Of a stretch of 64,000 nt of DNA, positions 23,312 through 35,386 are shown piece by piece. Positions within the stretch are counted from its first letter, which is position 1. Each line of letters starts with the position of its first letter. The position numbers and the translations under genes are program-made. The stretch is from Podospora anserina (Eukaryota): positions 434,001-498,000 of the forward strand of contig CM030338.1 in the NCBI GenBank assembly GCA_017654855.1, given 5' to 3'. The notes below the pieces were generated by a model. The model worked only from the letters and a program-made list of their open reading frames with translations, was not told the origin of the DNA and ran no database searches.

Positions 23312-25000
23312 TTATGACTGGGCCTGCTTCGGCCTGTCCCCGTCGGCTGGGCTTGTGCCATTGCCGTTGAGGAGGAATCCCTTCTCGGCCAAGCCGGCCT
23401 TGCCTTCCTCGTTGTCATCGTCAAACACCTTCTTCTCCAGCCACTGGGTGGCTCTCGCGCAGGCCGTATCCACGTACTTCATCCAGGCCCAGGCGGCAAT
23501 GTACGTAAGGGTGGTGAAAACCAGAATCGAGGCCATCTTGTGGGCGCGGGACTTGGGGTGGAGGTACTCCTGCTGCTTCTGGGACCCGTCTTCGTTCTTA
23601 CCGGCGGGTTCCCAGGGCTCTCCAGTGATCCCATACACAATCCACATGCCAACAGTGCGGAGGATGGTTCCGTGGGTGAGGTAGACAGCGAAAGAGTGGT
23701 GTCCGAGCCAGATCAGAAGACGATGCGAGAGGAGCTTCTGGATGAAGGGCGAGATAAAGATGGAGATGGAGGTGCACATGATGAAAAAGGCCGATGTTCG
23801 TCGGTGGACATTGGACCCCTTAGGTACCAAGAAACTGCCCTGGTTCTGACCATCAACCGGATTCAGGAGGAACTTGTGGAGACTCATGGACCAAGGAGCC
23901 CAGTCCTCATGCTCTTGCGGGTACGAGCCGACATAGCCACCGACCAAGAGCAGGAAGGGGGCAACGACGCAGGTGAGAAGGCGCTGGTGAGAGGTGATAA
24001 AGTTTTGCGTGGGACGGTGCTGGGAGAGTTCGGCAAGAAGGGTCCCAAGCGCAAGCATTGCACCAAAGGTTTCTGTTTGTCCAAAAGATGTCAGTTTAAA
24101 ATCAGATGTATGGTCCGTGCACGGCTATGACGTACCAGTCAAGTGTCCAACATTCATCAACCAGTACGTGATCAGGAGAACATGCACCAAAACACGGTAC
24201 TTGAAACGCATCCCGATGGTGGCAGCCAACACGATATACACTTGGAAAGCTCCGATGAGCAGCGGGCGCATGGCCCACTGATGCCGGTCATAAACGTTCT
24301 CGGTGTTGGTCCATGTCGTCAAGGAGGAGCGGAAGAGTCTGCGGATGTTGTCGCCCAGTGGCATTGGGTCCGGCGCATCAAAACGCACCCAGAAAGCGTC
24401 ACAGCGGTTGGCGGCCCGGTAGGCACCGAGAACCGACATGAAGAAGCTGATCAGGGTGGCAATAAGAGCTGGAAGCATCAGGCGCGGAGGGCGCCGGAAA
24501 GCGCTCCTCGCAATCGTCTTGAGCGCAGCTGGCGCATTGCCCTGTTGGTAGGCGAGCTTTAATGGCTTATTGGCACATACAAAGCCCGTCAAGAAGGCGA
24601 AGATGGGCACGCCAATTCGTCCTTGGTATGGGATGCGCAGGTAAGGATATTGCAGCAATCTGGGAGCCTCTCCCTTAGAGTCGGCTGGCCAGAAAAGTGG
24701 AAAATCCAAAGCGCGGGCAATGTGGGTGGTGATAACGAGAGCCGATGTGACACCTCGAAGACCCTGTGGGCGTAATAAAAAAACAAACAGTCAGCACTGG
24801 AACGGGTGGAAGCTGGGGAAACCGTCGTCTATCAATCGTCACCGGACCATGCAGGACCACTCGGAGCCGGACCCGGAGGTGGCTGCAAAGGCAAAGGCGG
24901 ACACAGGCACGGGGACACCCGAGCGGTCGACAAAATCCGAGAAAATGTTGCCACGTACCTCCACCCATTTGATGTTTCGTTGATTCGGTCGAGCAGCCAT
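23312..25000 (-). CDS. Acyltransferase-3 family membrane O-acyltransferase, two introns
   Basis: Exon 1 MAARPNQRNIKWVE is spliced to GLRGVTSALVITTH (WxDGLRG motif). Also GRIGVPIFAFLTGFV, RRPPRL and LIWLGHHSFAVYLTHG. Confidence 0.88.
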
Positions 25001-28000
25001 GGTGAACTAAACAGTCGAAAAGTGCCGTCAAGGCCGGAAAAGAAGTCGGGGAAAAATCAATACAAGACAAGTCCCTATGCGATGATCCTCCCCCACAAAA
25101 CCCTGAGGTGGAGAGAAAAAAGGGGACAAGCAAGCCACAGGATGTTCGGTCGTCGCGGCTATGTGTGTGTCGCCCAAAAGAGTGTGGTGAAGACAAGTGG
25201 AGAAGCCGCAAAAATAGAGGAGCCCGAGTCGTCGGAGGTCGGGGCCGAGATGGAATGATCCAGAGGTTCCAGATGTCGGCGGAGAAACAGGAAAAAAAAG
25301 GAGAGGCTAATTATTATTGGCAGCGGAGCATCGAGAGAGAGAGAGTCGACAGAAGACAGAGCGAGGTCGTCGTCAGTGCAAGCGTAGCAAAGATAGGTTG
25401 ATTTCAGTCGGTGAAAGTTGACAGCAAGGCCCGTTGCATCTGGAGTTGCGCAGAGCTTGTCAAATTGGGCGGTCGTGAGGCTTCGTTCGCTTCTTGTCGT
25501 TGCCCCTGCGCCGTGATTGCTTCTTGTGCTCGCGTAGCACTGCTGAGGCTGGGTCGGACGTTGGCGTCGTCGGGGAATTGGGTGGTTTGGAAAGGGCAGC
25601 GGGCCTCGGAAGGGGATTCGTCGAGGGCGTCCCAAGATTATAGGTATTAAAAGGTGGTGAAAAACCAGGGCGCGGATTTGGTGGCGGACATGGAGAAGTG
25701 GAAGGGGAATTCCTGTTTTTTTTGAACCAAGAGGCGACATCAGTGCCCGGCCTATATTTTTACACGTTACAGGGAGATGGCATGGAACCGTAGCGAGCCC
25801 CCCAGCATGCCCAGAACGCCCAGCAAACCGCCAAGTCCTCCAACAACACACCACTACCACGCTTGATTGCAGGGGGCGGGCAGTGAAGAGCACAACTCTC
25901 CTTTTCCGTACAGAAGAGGGCTTCACCTCATTGCTCATTCAATTCGTCATCATCCAGCTCCAACACAAATCCTTCTCAGCCCATCAACAATTGGCTCCGA
26001 AGCTGATCAAGAAAGGCGTCACTCCTTATGGCTTCAGCCTGCACATCCCGCGCAGCCACATGCAGCCACTTGGGACAGCAAATCCATCCGGGCCCCTGGA
26101 CAGACGGTGGACTGGAGAGCCGGGATTTGGGCTGCCCCACTTCTCCGTTTTTGTTTCTAAGACAGACTGAGGGCCCAGTATCCGTGTGTATAAAAAGAGG
26201 ACGCCCACGACGACAGCGCCAGCGCCAGCGGCGGCGGCGGCAGCGACGACAGCTTACTGTCTTGGGCAGTCCTAGACAGTTGTTCTCCCTGTGCTACGAA
26301 CTCGTGGGCTCTGCGACGGGTGTGGCTGCCTTTCCTCCCGCTGTCGTGCGGTGTGGGCGTGCACCGGTGATCTGTCCCTGATTTTTCTTTTGAAGGAGCC
26401 AAGGAGCCATTCCACTTACACTGCCCGTCATCCCATCTTGATTTGAGCAGACGAAGACCCCGTCCCCCGGCCCGACTGCCTCTTCCATATCCTCCGTCAG
26501 TGAGCAGAATGCGACATCGTCTTTCCAGTCAAGTTTGTCGAATGCCCTCACACCCTCCACCATTGCGTGGACACGGCACAGATGGTCTTGGCGATTTGCC
26601 GTTTTGCCGACAAACAGGCACAAAGGTTAGACACTGTGCACCACCAAACTTCTTGGCATTTGCCGCACGTTTCAACCCCACACCCTCCAACGATGCTGCC
26701 GGGACTTTGTGTTGACCGCATCGAGATTCTCGGATTTAACTTCATGACTGACTGTTGACTGCTCCGTCGCCAGCTTCCGGCCAACCGGCCACTCCGCCCT
26801 CTTCGCCGTCAACAAACGACAGCTCCGCGTCCCGTCGCCGCCCTGGAGCACGCGACACCTCAACCACCGGGCCAGGCCCGTGGCCGGGTTTCTTAGCGCC
26901 GTCCCGGTACCCGCTGAAGAAAAGGGGGACATCGCCTAGCAGCTTGGCGATATCAACACCGCTCAGCTGTTCATCTGTTCACACATACGGATACAATACT
27001 CCGTACGGAGTTATGCAATACATAATAATCCGGTCAATGTCAACACACATGGGGGGGGGGAACAGCCTGCGGATCTCTGAAACTGCGAGATGCCAGTTGC
27101 TTTCAGGTTGTTGCTCAACTTCCATCCAAGTTCCAGGTTTCTCCATCCGTTCTGGTGGATAATAAATGTGGTATATCCACCGGGCCCCAGAGCCTCCGCA
27201 CCGAATTTGTTCTCGAACTTCTTCTGCCGCTCGCGGCCAGCGATGATCCCTCGCCCGCTCGCGCATCCGAGACTCCATGTTCGACCAGTCTTCTACCTGA
27301 CGTGTCACCAACATTGAAACATTTCCTCTCCTCTCTTCCACAAGGCCGCAACGGTTCACTGACAAGTCTCACGCGATTGACATGTTGACAGTGTCCTTGA
27401 TGGGAATCTCCGTTCTGGTGGACCTGATTGGCGGGGTATCCCTCCGAGAAAAGAGCAAGCACTAACCCAAAAAAAAAACTTTAAGTAGGCTGCTGACTTC
27501 TCTACCCCTGAAACACACGCGCTCGAGCCAGGGCAAGCATCCAACGCAAATCCACCGGCTTTCGTCTGAACAACGCCCCCATCCCTCACACCAAGCGCTG
27601 GGTCAGCTGATGGCAATCACGATGGGTTACAGGCCACAATGTCTGTCGGTGATGTTCGATGTCCGATGCCGCCAAACATATGCTCGGATGTCATCTCGCG
27701 AATTCAGGGGCTAAGAAAACGGCCACCAAGCGAAGCGGGCAATCGCGTCTTGGGTCACTTCGGATTGTGGGGGAGATTCATCATTCCGGCCCTAGCCTTC
27801 TTTCAGTGTCTCAGAGGTGACATTCAACTTTTTTTCTTCTCGAATTTTTAAATATTTTCTCGTCTGTTTTGGATGGTCCCCAAACTGACCCTTCTGTTCT
27901 TTCCATTCCGATCAAGCTGCATTGTCATCTCCGACTGTCCTGATTTTCAGGGACCAGCACCTGCATGCGCCGGAGAATGCTCCATTTGGGAGTGATAGGC

Positions 28001-28872
28001 GGCACTAGCAAGTTTAGCATTCATGTGGGAAACGGCTTTCACCGCTTTATGACTTCACACCTTTGGTCAAGATGCATCAACCACGCGTCCTTTTCATGCG
28101 TCAACCTACACACTTCAGTTGCATAACACCTACGGCCTGATGATCTCCGCTCTCTTTCTGGATGCCAAACTTCTAGGTTTATCACACCCTTGCTTCCCAG
28201 CATTGGAATGTCTTCCGTGTTGTATCCAACCTATCAAGTTAGCAGGGGCTCATGAAGACCATCGAGGCTTGACTATACCCAACTGCACACAGTGATTATA
28301 TTACTAGTCCCACCACTTACCTAATCTTTAATCCAAGTCAGAAAGCTCGCATTGTACTATCACTGCACAACATCATCGTGAATTAAACAGAACTGTACAC
28401 TAAGGGGAAAGAACCCTTTGTCCGAAAGAATACATTGTTAAGCCTCAATGTGTTGTGTTGAGCTGCTGAGGTGGCATAAAACTGGTCTACATATCAGGGA
28501 AACAAGACATGGATAAAAACGATACCATGCTTTCTCTCCTTACCTTATGTTGTCACAAGGAGGACTCAAAACCGGCCATTCATCAAGTAACCATTCAAGA
28601 GTTTGACTTCTTGTTTCTTGAGCTTGTCGTTGGGTATCATGAATGGCTGAGGCAAAGAAAAAGAGTTCAGTATAGTATTCCACGTGTGTCAATGTCTTCA
28701 AGGCAGCGCGAGTAGGCAGAGAAGGGCAACAGACTGAACAATGTGAGGAAGGTCGATGCTCCATTCTAGAAATCTCTATATAGACCTTTTGTTATAAGGG
28801 TTTCCGTCTCCAAGCACTCGCAATCGTGCCTGGTGACCATCTCTCCTCTCTCCTCCATGACATTCAGTTGTC

Positions 28873-30729
28873 ATGATGCCTCACTTTGGCTTGGTTCGTG
28901 TTGCTTCCCCTGGTGGATGGTCGCGGGAATTTATCTTTTGCGATTATTGTCTACGCCAGGAGCGAAATGAGGACACCACAGAGAGCTACTGCTCGCTTCA
29001 TCGACCTGGACGTGATCAAACACAAGCTACACCTTCTTTGAGAGAAGACCATGTCGAAAACGCCATCCAGACCACCCTGCTCGCTGCGTGTGAGGCTTCA
29101 GAAAGTGATTCCCACGCTGACAATGGGGAACCCTTGGTATTGTCAGCCGACTCGCCCCCGTCTCAACCATCTTCTTCTTCTGCCGAGAAGAAACACCAAA
29201 CCGACCGGCCCACAGAGTCCCGTTCATCATCTCCCCCAACAGACGATACTCCTGACCAAACTGAAGCATCACGGCAGTCCTCATCGCAGACAATCCCATC
29301 TACTGCCCAAACCAAGCAACCAGGTCGTAGAGGCCCTGGTCGTCGAGCCGATAACCTCCGGATCAACCTTCCCAACCCACCCCCGCTTCCAGAACCCGGA
29401 CAGCGTCCAAGCCGAGAGGTCCTCGCCCGACACGGCGTAATCGTCCCCCATATACCCCTCGTTCCAGCCCTGAGACCTTCCAAGCAACCTTCGGCGACCG
29501 CCACTGACCTGGCATGGTACAAAGCACATAGGCTGTGCACCAACTGCCACAAGGAGGTGGACGACCTCCACTTCTCCAAGTGTTCTGCCTGTCGGGCAGC
29601 CGGGCTGGAACGCGCTCGGAGATACCAAGCCAGGAAGAGGGAAGAGAAGGCGATGCAAATGAAAATGGCAAAGGAGAGCCAGGGGCGGGACGGAACCCAG
29701 TCGTCCGAGAGGCAGAGTGAACAGTCAAACGCCCGGACCTTGTGCTTGCCCAGGTTGACTACTACACCCCAACCAATCCACCTGATGCCAGACGCCAGCG
29801 CCAGAGACAGAATCTACATGACTTTTATCGACACGCTTCCAATCTACCCCCGGCGGCGCTCGATAGGTAGTGGTCAAAGGGCTGTGTTGGGCCCGAGTCG
29901 GGAACAAGACCTCTATCTCCACGCGTTGGACAGGCTGACTGACATACGCCTGTCCACAACTTTTTCCTCCCCCTCGTCATTACCAGAAGCGGCTCCCGGT
30001 CCACATCACACGTCGCCACCACCCCGTGAACGACCGCGCGGGTATTCCCCCCCGGACCCTCAAACCTCCAGGAATGAATCCAACTCTGCATGGCGCATGT
30101 CGTCAGGTTCCCTGCCCACACCTGCGCCGTCGTCCTCTCCTTTTGGACCTCAGTCCTCATCCAACGCCGCAGAACAACAGTCATCCCCTTTCAGACGCAG
30201 GGGTGAGGAAGGGGAATACCAACTCCACCCTTTACTGACAAATATCCCACCGGAGCAGTGGTCTTCGCTGCCATCATCATGGCGGCCGGAACCAGAGATG
30301 CCAGTGCGGGGTGGTTATCCATCTAACGCTGGCAACCGGGGGGTTGGTGTTGATCATGGGTGTTATAACAGACAGCAACGTGGCTTGCTGGGTGATGTGC
30401 GACAGGATTGTCCTTACCGGTATCATCACCCCAGCACTGCGGTCGCTGGAAGCGGTGAGAGACAATATGACGAAGGGTCTGGGGGCTGGGTTGACGGCCC
30501 GGTGGCAAAGAGGGTGGATATGAACGTTGTTGATCCGGCGTTGGTGAGTGTGCAGGAGGGTATGATGATGGGTGGGTTGGAGGAGGTGGACATTGAGGGG
30601 TTTGTTAGTTTGTCTGGAGCGGAGGAAGGGGTGGTGGAGAGGGTGGTAGGCGGGAGTCTGGGGAGGGTGAAGATCGAGAGGGTGGGCGGTCTTTTTGAGT
30701 TCGAGAAAGAGGGTTGCATACCTACATAG
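28873..30729 (+). CDS. Hypothetical largely disordered protein with central CxxC...CxxC zinc finger and basic coiled coil
   Basis: 618-aa ORF containing LCTNCHKEVDDLHFSKCSACRAAGLERARRYQARKR; Pro/Ser-rich. Confidence 0.7.
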   Translation: MMPHFGLVRVASPGGWSREFIFCDYCLRQERNEDTTESYCSLHRPGRDQTQATPSLREDHVENAIQTTLLAACEASESDSHADNGEPLVLSADSPPSQPSSSSAEKKHQTDRPTESRSSSPPTDDTPDQTEASRQSSSQTIPSTAQTKQPGRRGPGRRADNLRINLPNPPPLPEPGQRPSREVLARHGVIVPHIPLVPALRPSKQPSATATDLAWYKAHRLCTNCHKEVDDLHFSKCSACRAAGLERARRYQARKREEKAMQMKMAKESQGRDGTQSSERQSEQSNARTLCLPRLTTTPQPIHLMPDASARDRIYMTFIDTLPIYPRRRSIGSGQRAVLGPSREQDLYLHALDRLTDIRLSTTFSSPSSLPEAAPGPHHTSPPPRERPRGYSPPDPQTSRNESNSAWRMSSGSLPTPAPSSSPFGPQSSSNAAEQQSSPFRRRGEEGEYQLHPLLTNIPPEQWSSLPSSWRPEPEMPVRGGYPSNAGNRGVGVDHGCYNRQQRGLLGDVRQDCPYRYHHPSTAVAGSGERQYDEGSGGWVDGPVAKRVDMNVVDPALVSVQEGMMMGGLEEVDIEGFVSLSGAEEGVVERVVGGSLGRVKIERVGGLFEFEKEGCIPT

Positions 30730-30859
30730 TCACACCTGACAATTCTTTTTGGCTCAGTCCGTATTGGTCTCACAAGGTGAGCAAAAGGTAAGCGCAGTGA
30801 GCATCACCCTGAGCTGAAGTGGGTTTAAGGACCGCTCGGCTATACTTACCGCAACCAAA

Positions 30860-31140
30860 ACTAATATAACTTCCGTTTTCTCCTTACGCGTGCCAGTAGC
30901 CCATTATTAAGCCCACTAGAACCACCATTTATATTAAAATTACAACTTTATATATAAACAGACTTATCTATATTTCTAATAGAAAATGACATTTATAAAT
31001 TATATATTTATAAATATTAAGTTAAATAACTTTAATTACTATAATTTAAAGATTATGAAAAGATAGCGGGAATATATATACTAGATTACCTATCCGTTAC
31101 TCGAGGTTTAATTTTACCGTTCCTTTAGTAAAGGAATATA
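30860..31140. repeat. AT-rich, RIP-like degenerate repeat relic
   Basis: Abrupt drop in GC content with strong TpA enrichment, adjoining the LTR fragments. Confidence 0.6.
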
Positions 31141-31426
31141 TTGTCTCAATCACAACAGTCTAGATACCAACGATTGCGACTTGAATTGCATACTGCGGAA
31201 CTGTCTATCTACACCAGCCAGTTCCTCCGTATATATAGACCAGTGGATCACCATGGATCACGGTGCCAAGAATGATCCTGGATCACTCACGTCACCTTAG
31301 GACCACTTGGATCACCGCGCTCCTGGCGCTCCCCAGCGCTCCACTTCCTATTGGTTCCCGTAGCGATTGACTGGCACCTCCTGTGCCCCACATCTGTTCA
31401 TCTGGCCTGTTGGCTTAACTGTGACA
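31141..31426. mobile_element. Truncated solo LTR (same orientation as 37595-37867)
   Basis: 31141-31247 is nearly identical to 37695-37801 and the copy ends in GTGACA. Confidence 0.75.
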
Positions 31427-31530
31427 CTTTACTAGCGATCGCATCGGACTCTACCACACACTTCGGGACAGTCTTAAACTCGACATAAGTAATAGTAAGA
31501 TCAAGGAGCGCTATATATTAGAAGGCGAAC

Positions 31531-31933
31531 TGTCACAACCTTAACATCGGGAACGGTGGAGCAGTGCAAGGTCACCAGCCAATCAGAACAAGGTCGCGGC
31601 GGTCTGGGCGATCATGGGCAATAAGACTGGGAAGTGCAGTGATCACGGAAGTACAACCAATAAGGAACCAGAGAAGGATCATAGCGATCATTATAATCAT
31701 TGGGGAAGAGCGGAATGATCACCATGATCGGGAAAATCAAGGTCTATATATATGGAGGAACTGGCTGGTGTAGCTAGACAGTTCCGCAGTATGCAATTCA
31801 CAGTTGTATTCACGGCATCTTGTGTTTACATCGAGACATCTTGTTGTGCACTGTTTAGCTGCACCGAACCAATTGTCAGAAGTTACCTTCAACCCGTATC
31901 CCTTTCAGAGGTTCTGTACAGGGGTTCGTCACA
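31531..31933. mobile_element. Complete solo LTR of an LTR retrotransposon (inverted relative to the other two)
   Basis: TGTCAC...GTCACA termini with a perfect 5-bp TSD CGAAC (31526-31530 and 31934-31938). 31741-31933 is the reverse-complement homologue of 37595-37800. Confidence 0.9.
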
Positions 31934-32348
31934 CGAACTACTAGTATAGAAGGATAATTACGGAAGAATCGAGCCTTTCTATAAAATCCGCTAGTACGTA
32001 AAACGATTAGGGCGTTTTCTCGGCACTACTTATAATTTACCCGTCGACTTAAATAACTATCTTATAATTATATTTTATAATATTTTGCTCCTGGACGACA
32101 TCGTCTATATTAGAGAAAGCCATAATATAAGGCGGCGACTGCTTAAATCTGTAGTTCGCTATTCCCGGCCGTGCCGATATAGGATCCCGCGAAGTAGTCG
32201 CATTCTCGTCCTTGAATGCAGCCGAACGCCTCAGCGGAGCATTCGCTCGAGCCATTACACAGTGCTGGGAAGGATTTGTGCTGAAAGGCTGCGAGTATAG
32301 GGGTCGACGTATTAAACCCAAATGTAGGTCGCCTTCTGCAAATCCTGC

Positions 32349-34727
32349 TCAAAAAAGCTTATCATCCTCACTGAGGCACTCCGGCGGCAGCTCCTCCCCG
32401 TCTTCCGATCGCCCCAGCAACCCGAGCCGGCACGACGCCTTGGTGAGAACGGACCGCTCAAAATCAATGACCATGACTGGGTCGCTCGGCATATGACTCC
32501 ATACCAGATTCTCCCGCCGGACGTCGCCGTGTGCCACCCCTAGGGCATGGAGGCTCTGCAGGGATCGGATCACGTTTCTCCGTATCCCGACACTACTTGG
32601 TTGCTCCCGAGCTTCGCGTAGATCCCTGCCGGCCCACGAGAGGAGGAGGAAGTAAATGATGTGGACATCGGCCGCGTAGAAATAGCGCCGTCCCAGCTCC
32701 CGAAGGTCGATGGTGCCCAGAGAGACGGGGACGTAAAGGCCTTGGATCGGTTGAAGCTGCTCGTATATACGCGCTTCGTGCTCGATAAAGCGTACTGATG
32801 ACGACGTGGTCCCCTTGGCAGCCAACGTATAGCCGTGGCTGAGTAGTGTGATGCGAAATAGGGCTCCCCGAGCACCGTATCTCCCCAGGGGCATGATACC
32901 CTCGTCCAAGGTTGCGCAGAGCTGTTGGCGTAGCCGCTCTAGAAAGACGTGGATAGGTAGCGAGTGTGTCTTTTGGCAACGTAGGGATGGCGATAATGAG
33001 GACTTGATGTGTGATGATGACGACGACGACGATGATGATGATGATGATGATGATGACTGGACGTGTGGTGACGACTCGACATAGGGCCGGCGGTGGAGGG
33101 CTATGTTGGGACATGCGGGATCGAGAGCCCCCCCTCGGACAAGACCGAGTAAGCACGCATGTGTGCAGAACGGTGGTGTTTGTGGCTGGGAAGAATGTGT
33201 GCGGTTCTGTGTCTGCGTGCCACCAGGAGCAGTAGCCGCCGCCGCCGCTGTAGCTCCGGATGACTGCGTAGCGCTACGCTTCCTCTTCGACCCTCTTTGG
33301 GCGGCAGGAGGAGAGGGGTGGGAGCCAGGATTGGGGCCGGCATCGTCGTCGTCGGTCGGCGGAGGACCCTGCCCCCGGCCAAGGGATGGCGGCGGCTCAT
33401 CTGCTTGGGGACTCTTTTCCCTTCTCGGGTGGCGGAACGGGATGGGGGACCGGTCGTACCCGACGTAGGTCCGCGGTTCCCAGCAGCGCCCCGACGAAGG
33501 AGGCGTGCGAGGGGCCGGCGTGTTCCCCATCCGGGCCAAGATCTCGTCCCAGTCCTCATTCCAGGTCGAGGCACCCGATATGGCGCGGTCCCGCGCATCT
33601 TGACCCTGCGACCCGGGTCCGAGCAGCGCCATCACAGTGAAGGCCAGCAGCTGGCTGACGGCGGTGCAGTAGGGGATGAGTTCGGCTGGCTGGGCCTGGC
33701 ACTCGTGGGTGGGTTCGGCGACATGGTAGTACAGCGTGGATGGGTCGGCCCAGTCGATCTTGAGGAAGATCATGACCTCGCCTGTGGCAACAAGCCCCAT
33801 CTCGAGCCCAGCCTGGAGCATGTAATGGTAAGTCTGGGTGGCAGCTGCAGCTGAGAGCCTCCTGGCAAAGTAACGGAAGCGGTCGTCATCGTTGTTCGGG
33901 ATCTCGACGCAATTCACCACGTCCCGAACCACGTCCAGGTCTTCAATTCCTTCCCGCACATGCTGTGCCGTTAGCTTGTGGGGAGCCTTGTATTCCAGCA
34001 CGTATGCAAGCGTTCGGTCACCGTTCAAGGACCGGTACACACAGATCTGGTCAGGCCCGATGGAGATCTTATTAGTAGGTGGGACGTGTGGTGGCGGCGG
34101 CGGCGTCGATGGTGCGGCGCTTGTGGAAGGAGTTGTATCGCTATTGAGAATGTTCATGTGGTTCTCGAAGAAGATACCATCCCCCACGCCCAAAAGCGGT
34201 GGTATTGCGTCTGGGTGCTGTTGGGCATGCGTGAATTGATCGATGATGCATTGCACAGGAAGCTCGACAGCAGTGTGATGAAACCGCTCAAGGTCGCGCT
34301 CGCTACCAATTGGGGACCCAGCTGCCAGGCGGCTGCCAATACCCTGGACAAAATCACGCGATTCAAGTAATTGGAGTGTTTCGGGGAAGAAGGCGATAAC
34401 CTTGCCAAGCGCAGCCCTCTGTTCATCAAGGAAGCCATCCCACTTTGCAAGGCGGCGGGGGCAGTATTTTCCCGCCGGGTCTGTCCAGATTCCCTGGGTC
34501 GTGAACCATCGATCGGTCTGGACGCGGAATTTTGTCGACAGGTGGTCGTGGCAGAGCTGAAAGTACTCGATAAGAGTGGTCGGACGCCTTTGCTCCTGCA
34601 ACTCTACAACTTGTTGTGCTTGTTTATCGGCGCGTTGTTTCTCGGCGATGGTGTTCTGCTCCGCTTCTGCACGGAGACGCTCTGCTTCCTGGAGCTGTTT
34701 GACAAGTTCCTCATAGCTTGGATCCAT
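32349..34727 (-). CDS. Spok-family (spore killer-like) nuclease-kinase protein, 792 aa
   Basis: N-terminal coiled coil (ELVKQLQEAERLRAEAEQ...RRPTTLIEYFQLCH); PD-(D/E)xK nuclease PDQICVY...VLEYKAPHKL; QTYHYM...GEVMIFL; Cys cluster FCTHACLLGL...LDPACPNIALH; kinase GRYGARG, LAAKG, HGDVRRENL, IDFERS. This is the domain order described for SPOK proteins. Confidence 0.9.
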   Translation of the reverse strand: MDPSYEELVKQLQEAERLRAEAEQNTIAEKQRADKQAQQVVELQEQRRPTTLIEYFQLCHDHLSTKFRVQTDRWFTTQGIWTDPAGKYCPRRLAKWDGFLDEQRAALGKVIAFFPETLQLLESRDFVQGIGSRLAAGSPIGSERDLERFHHTAVELPVQCIIDQFTHAQQHPDAIPPLLGVGDGIFFENHMNILNSDTTPSTSAAPSTPPPPPHVPPTNKISIGPDQICVYRSLNGDRTLAYVLEYKAPHKLTAQHVREGIEDLDVVRDVVNCVEIPNNDDDRFRYFARRLSAAAATQTYHYMLQAGLEMGLVATGEVMIFLKIDWADPSTLYYHVAEPTHECQAQPAELIPYCTAVSQLLAFTVMALLGPGSQGQDARDRAISGASTWNEDWDEILARMGNTPAPRTPPSSGRCWEPRTYVGYDRSPIPFRHPRREKSPQADEPPPSLGRGQGPPPTDDDDAGPNPGSHPSPPAAQRGSKRKRSATQSSGATAAAAATAPGGTQTQNRTHSSQPQTPPFCTHACLLGLVRGGALDPACPNIALHRRPYVESSPHVQSSSSSSSSSSSSSSSHIKSSLSPSLRCQKTHSLPIHVFLERLRQQLCATLDEGIMPLGRYGARGALFRITLLSHGYTLAAKGTTSSSVRFIEHEARIYEQLQPIQGLYVPVSLGTIDLRELGRRYFYAADVHIIYFLLLSWAGRDLREAREQPSSVGIRRNVIRSLQSLHALGVAHGDVRRENLVWSHMPSDPVMVIDFERSVLTKASCRLGLLGRSEDGEELPPECLSEDDKLF
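33013..33056. repeat. (GAT/GAC)n trinucleotide microsatellite encoding poly-Ser within the Spok-like gene
   Basis: gatgatgacgacgacgacgatgatgat... seen directly and in frame on the minus strand. Confidence 0.9.
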
Positions 34728-35386
34728 CTTGGTGTTTTCTCGTGCTGTGTGGTGTTTGTGCTGTGTGGTGTTTCTTGTGTTGTGTAGTTGTTTTCTCGTA
34801 CGTTTGTTGCAACACACGTTATCGATAACGTCTACGCCATTGCCAAAGGCACGGACCCTTCATTGACTGTGCGAGTTATGATTGATTCACACGTCGCTGT
34901 CTCACTTCTATTGGCCATGCCATCTTTGCCCCCCCAAAACCAATGGCCTTCGTCTTGGCTGCGAACTGGAATCTCCATATCACTGAGGAAACCTCTAAGA
35001 AGTGGTCCGAATCAGTGCTCAAGCTCACGCCACAACCCCCCTCGCCTCCAAGCGGTTCAGCGCAGCGTCTTTGTAAGGAGCAGCGTAAACAATTTCAGCT
35101 GATCTACAGCTCCGCTGAGTGCCAGTCTTTGGGGTGATCTGGACGCGGCTCTTAAGCCTCGCTCGGTGCTGGCTGTTATGGAGCCGAGTCCCCCTTCGAC
35201 GTGCATTCCTGGCCGTTTTGCACCTGCATTAAGTCTCTTGCCTACACCACGCATAACCCCTCAGACACGCGGGTTCAGCACTTCTGCTGTGAGTGCTGCT
35301 TCCCATATTCTCGGAAGAAGTCGTCGATGGGCTTTGCCATGGCTTAAGCCTCTACCACATCTGCTGCTCAGGCTATTACCTCGTCT

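Noticed and set aside
26294-26623. Acidic ORF (MVEGVRAFDKLDWKDD...) in a long intergenic region
   Set aside because: Short, no motif and no supporting exons identified.
34728-34817. 30-aa upstream extension of the Spok-like ORF
   Set aside because: Non-ATG start in CA-rich leader sequence. ATG 34727 has a good context (CAAGATGG).
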